Source: Octopus bimaculoides
Taxonomy: Eukaryota
DNA length: 46,409 bases
NCBI RefSeq assembly: GCF_001194135.2
Contig: NC_068984.1
Span: 41,580,532-41,626,940 of the forward strand
Direction of reading: 5' to 3'
Positions 45,794-46,409 of this stretch are shown here, piece by piece. How positions within the stretch are numbered: the first letter of the stretch is position 1; each line of letters starts with the position of its first letter. The notes under the pieces were generated by a model, which was not told the DNA's origin, did no database searches, and was given only the letters and a program-made list of their open reading frames with translations. A program made the position numbers and the translations under genes.

Positions 45794-46328
45794 TTTGCCC
45801 TTTTCAAGCCTAGCCAGGCTCATGGGCCTGGTTTCCAGGTTTCTATGGTGTATGTGTTCCCCAGCTGGATGGGATGCCAATCCATCGCAGCATTACTCAA
45901 GAAACAGGAAGAAAGAGCGAGAGAAAGTTGAGGCGAAAGAGTACAACAGGTGTCACCCCCCTCCCCTGCTGGGGCCTCGTGGAGCTTTAGGTATTTTTGC
46001 TCAATAAAAACACCCAAAGCCTAGTTTGGGAATCGAAACTGCGATCCTCCGACCGCGAGTCCACTGCCCTAACCATTGGGCCATTGCACCTCCACTTGCG
46101 CCCTTTATAAAGCCTAGCCAGGCTCATGGGCCTGGTTTCCCGGTTTCAATGGCATATGTGTCCCCAGTCCATCACAGCGTTACTCATTTTTGCCAGTTGA
46201 GTGGACTGGAGCAACGTGAAATGAAGTGTTTTGCTCAAGAACACAATGCATCGCCCGGTCCAGGAAGCAAAACCACAATCTTACAATCATGATGCTGACA
46301 CCCTAACCACTAAGCCACACGCCTCCAC
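45794..46328 (-). mobile_element. Two tandem tRNA-derived SINEs sharing the tail AAGCCTAGCCAGGCTCATGGGCCTGGTTTCC
   Basis: Copies at about 45794-46099 and 46100-46328; each has its own GTGGAGG.. tRNA-like head with box A and box B. Confidence 0.75.
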
Positions 46329-46409
46329 ATATCATTGGCAGTTTCTTTAGAATGTAACATCTTATATCAGCTGGTGATTATATGCTGTTCTGATAATTCT
46401 AGTTGAATA

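Noticed and set aside
46025-46099. tRNA-like sequence with box A and box B (also 45400-45472, 41311-41380 and others)
   Set aside because: It has no convincing acceptor stem or cloverleaf and continues into SINE body and tail, so these are SINE heads and not tRNA genes.

Overview
AT-rich, repeat-dense eukaryotic genomic DNA with three assembly gaps. It is most likely Octopus, inferred from the (GAT)n-tailed RTE LINE 3' ends and tRNA-SINE families; this was not database-checked. The whole window lies inside one + strand gene, a cubilin-like (CUBN) multi-CUB-domain receptor. I reconstructed 17 coding exons between 901 and 45705 (2849 nt, about 949 codons). They splice into one stop-free reading frame with compatible intron phases at all 16 junctions. 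The protein covers the second half of one CUB domain plus eight complete ones, matching from memory human cubilin CUB6-CUB14. Start and stop codons are outside the window. The first intron needs a non-canonical GC donor. Several exons (901, 9321, 27118, 29587, 36460) are absent from or only partly covered by the ORF track. The introns hold decayed and young transposons: RTE LINEs, a stack of R4/Dong-type elements in an (AAT)n tract, Penelope-like fragments, Tc1/mariner pieces and MITEs, non-autonomous Helitron-like ends, several tRNA-derived SINE families and microsatellites. I see no support for a wholly new biological system. The most interesting points are the GC-AG intron, the patchy loss of Ca2+-site and disulfide residues across CUB domains, the (AAT)n-targeted retroelement stack, long intronic hairpins, inverted young RTE tails bracketing in-frame exon blocks, and a PHD-like finger inside the RTE ORF2.
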